Of a stretch of DNA of 44,358 nt, positions 42,590 to 44,358 are shown piece by piece; the first letter of the stretch is position 1, and every line of letters begins with the position of its first letter. The position numbers were made by a program, and so were the translations under genes. The notes below the pieces were generated by a model. That model ran no database searches, was not told where the DNA came from, and saw nothing but the letters and a program-made list of their open reading frames with translations. Source of the stretch: a virus (lineage: Duplodnaviria > Caudoviricetes); IMG/VR virus record IMGVR_UViG_3300048857_000049, positions 1-44,358 of that record. The stretch is one strand, 5' to 3'.

Positions 42590-44358
42590 CACTCGGGGCT
42601 CCGGTCGGCGACGGCGCGCGGCTCCCGCGACGCCTCGGGGTCCTGCACGCCGTCGTACCAGGGGTCGTACGAGTGCTCCGCGCGCAGCACCTCGTCGTAG
42701 TCGCCGACCACGACCTGCCCGATGTTGTACAGCGACTCCGTGTCGGGGTCGAAGTACTTGGTGTGGTCGCCGACGTTCCGCAGGATGTCGGCCCGGGTGG
42801 TCGACTCCGCCTGGAACCGGTTGGCGCCGAAGTCGTCCTCCACGATGTCGTTGCCGAGCCCGGCGCCGCCGAGCAGCCACCCGCCGACCCACCCGTCGTC
42901 GGCCAGCGCCGCGACGATGTCGCGGCTGTTGTTGCCGGCCCAGACGTGGTCGGCGCCGACGCCCAGCTCGGAGGCGTGCTCGACCCCGCCGCCCGCGCCC
43001 GGGCTGCCGACGAGGACGATGTCGTCCGCGGCCAGGCCGTGGTCGGTGGCGCCGTGCGCGGTGGTGGTGGACCCGTAGCTGTGCCCGATGACGGTGAGGT
43101 GCGCGGGGCTGCCGTCCCGCGAGGCCCGCAGCCCGTCGATGTACCGGGAGAGCAGCTCGCCGCCCGCCTCGGCGCGGCCCTCGGTGGCCACGGTGGCCGA
43201 GTCCCAGTCGCTCGGGGCGTCGTAGCCGATCCACATGATGGAGGCGACCGACGAGTACGGGTCGGACAGCCGCGCGGACTCGTAGATGTTGTACGCGGCC
43301 TCGGCGTTGCCGCCGGCCTCGGTGCCGCGGCTGGTCAGGCCCGGGACCATCACCGAGACGTGGTCGGCCGTGTCCGGGTCGCCGAACGCGATGGCGACCT
43401 TGCCGTCCCCGCCGAACGCGGTGGCGTCGTACAGGTGCAGCAGCGGGACCAGGGGCTCGCCGGTGACCGGGTCGAGCCGCTGGGCGGCGGCGTCCAGGGC
43501 GGCCTGCGCCGCGCGGGCGTTGTCGAGGGCCTGGTGGTCGCCGTAGAGCTGCTCGCCGCGCTCGGCGCGCAGCTCCATGGCCTCGAGGTCCGTCGCGAGC
43601 AGGAGCCGGTTGGCCTGGTCGCGGGCGGCGGCCGGGATGCCGTCCGTGCCGCCGACCAGCTCGGGGCGCGCGGCCAGCACCGCGTACTGCTCCTCCTCCG
43701 ACAGCGCGGACCACCAGGCGGCGACCTGCTCGGGGCTGCCGCCGTGGGCGGGGGAGCCGGGCCGGCCGAGCGCGTCGTCGGCGAGGTCGATCTGCCCGGA
43801 GACCGCGGCGCGGGCCTGCGCGAGCGTCGAGTAGGCGGCGAACGCGTCCAGCATCGCCTGCTCGGCGGTGGCCAGGTCGCGGACCAGCGCGTCGATGTCG
43901 GTGACCACGCCGTCGCGCCGGGTCGCCAGCGACGCGGCGCGAGCCTGCAACTCGGCGACGGCCGCCTCGTCGACCTCGCCGGCGGAGTGGATGTCCGCCT
44001 CCAGGTCCTCGCGGCTCGCGTGGTACGAGGACCTCGCCTCCACCAGGTCGGTGCGGCGCCGGAGCAGGTCGGTGAGCGCGTCGGCGTGGTCGTCGGCCGC
44101 GCGCGACACCTGGCGCAGCGCGACCCCCATGGCCTGCGCGTCCGCGCCGGCGGCACGCACGTGCCGGCCGTACGCGGTCGCGGCGTCGCCGGACCAGCCG
44201 TCCAGCGCCGCGGCGTCGTGCGCGAACGTGTCGAGGTCGTCCAGGTTGACCGCGCTGGCCAGCAGGTCCTGGGCGAATGCGGCCACGGCAGCCGGGTCGC
44301 CCTGGACCGGCGGGACCGGGTCGACCGTCGCCGGGACGGTGATCGTCACCGTGCTCAC
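42586..44358 (-). CDS. Alpha/beta hydrolase (Abhydrolase_8/DUF1023-like) with a WXG100-like N-terminus; probable type VII secretion effector
   Basis: GDPAAV..GWSGDAATAY WXG-type helical N-terminus; AIAFGDPDTA, WIGYDAP, GHSYG nucleophile elbow, VGSPG. Confidence 0.88.
   Translation of the reverse strand: MSTVTITVPATVDPVPPVQGDPAAVAAFAQDLLASAVNLDDLDTFAHDAAALDGWSGDAATAYGRHVRAAGADAQAMGVALRQVSRAADDHADALTDLLRRRTDLVEARSSYHASREDLEADIHSAGEVDEAAVAELQARAASLATRRDGVVTDIDALVRDLATAEQAMLDAFAAYSTLAQARAAVSGQIDLADDALGRPGSPAHGGSPEQVAAWWSALSEEEQYAVLAARPELVGGTDGIPAAARDQANRLLLATDLEAMELRAERGEQLYGDHQALDNARAAQAALDAAAQRLDPVTGEPLVPLLHLYDATAFGGDGKVAIAFGDPDTADHVSVMVPGLTSRGTEAGGNAEAAYNIYESARLSDPYSSVASIMWIGYDAPSDWDSATVATEGRAEAGGELLSRYIDGLRASRDGSPAHLTVIGHSYGSTTTAHGATDHGLAADDIVLVGSPGAGGGVEHASELGVGADHVWAGNNSRDIVAALADDGWVGGWLLGGAGLGNDIVEDDFGANRFQAESTTRADILRNVGDHTKYFDPDTESLYNIGQVVVGDYDEVLRAEHSYDPWYDGVQDPEASREPRAVADRSPEW

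Noticed and set aside
1-44358. Diversity-generating retroelement, retron, CRISPR array or invertible tail cassette
   Set aside because: No reverse transcriptase, cas gene, invertase or long near-identical repeat pair was seen by eye; a self-dotplot would be needed to exclude a weak repeat fully

Overview
About 40 kb of this high-GC actinobacterial window is one apparently intact temperate siphovirus prophage. It runs from a tyrosine integrase at position 1 to an intact tRNA-Lys(TTT) gene at 40191-40263 (-), the likely integration site. The other att junction should lie just left of the window and cannot be seen. On the minus strand, right to left, it carries: a cro-like gene, early, recombination and replication genes, a late regulator and late promoter, HNH, terminases, a portal-MuF fusion, HK97-type protease and capsid, neck and tail genes with a -1 frameshifted chaperone, a lysis cassette, a beta-helix tailspike, and a separately promoted GT-C-like membrane moron. 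On the plus strand are an ImmR/ImmA-type immunity operon ending in a DUF3263 (NapA-like) gene, and a small inverted membrane-protein + RHH cassette between the tail and lysis genes. The last 4 kb is host DNA: two surface proteins and a probable type VII secretion alpha/beta-hydrolase effector with an adjacent lipoprotein. The best leads are the RHH/membrane cassette with twin palindromic operators, the glycosyltransferase-tailspike pair, the phage-borne NapA-like gene at att, and several intergenic regions with mutually exclusive RNA pairings. All family calls come from reading motifs by eye; no searches or folding programs were run.
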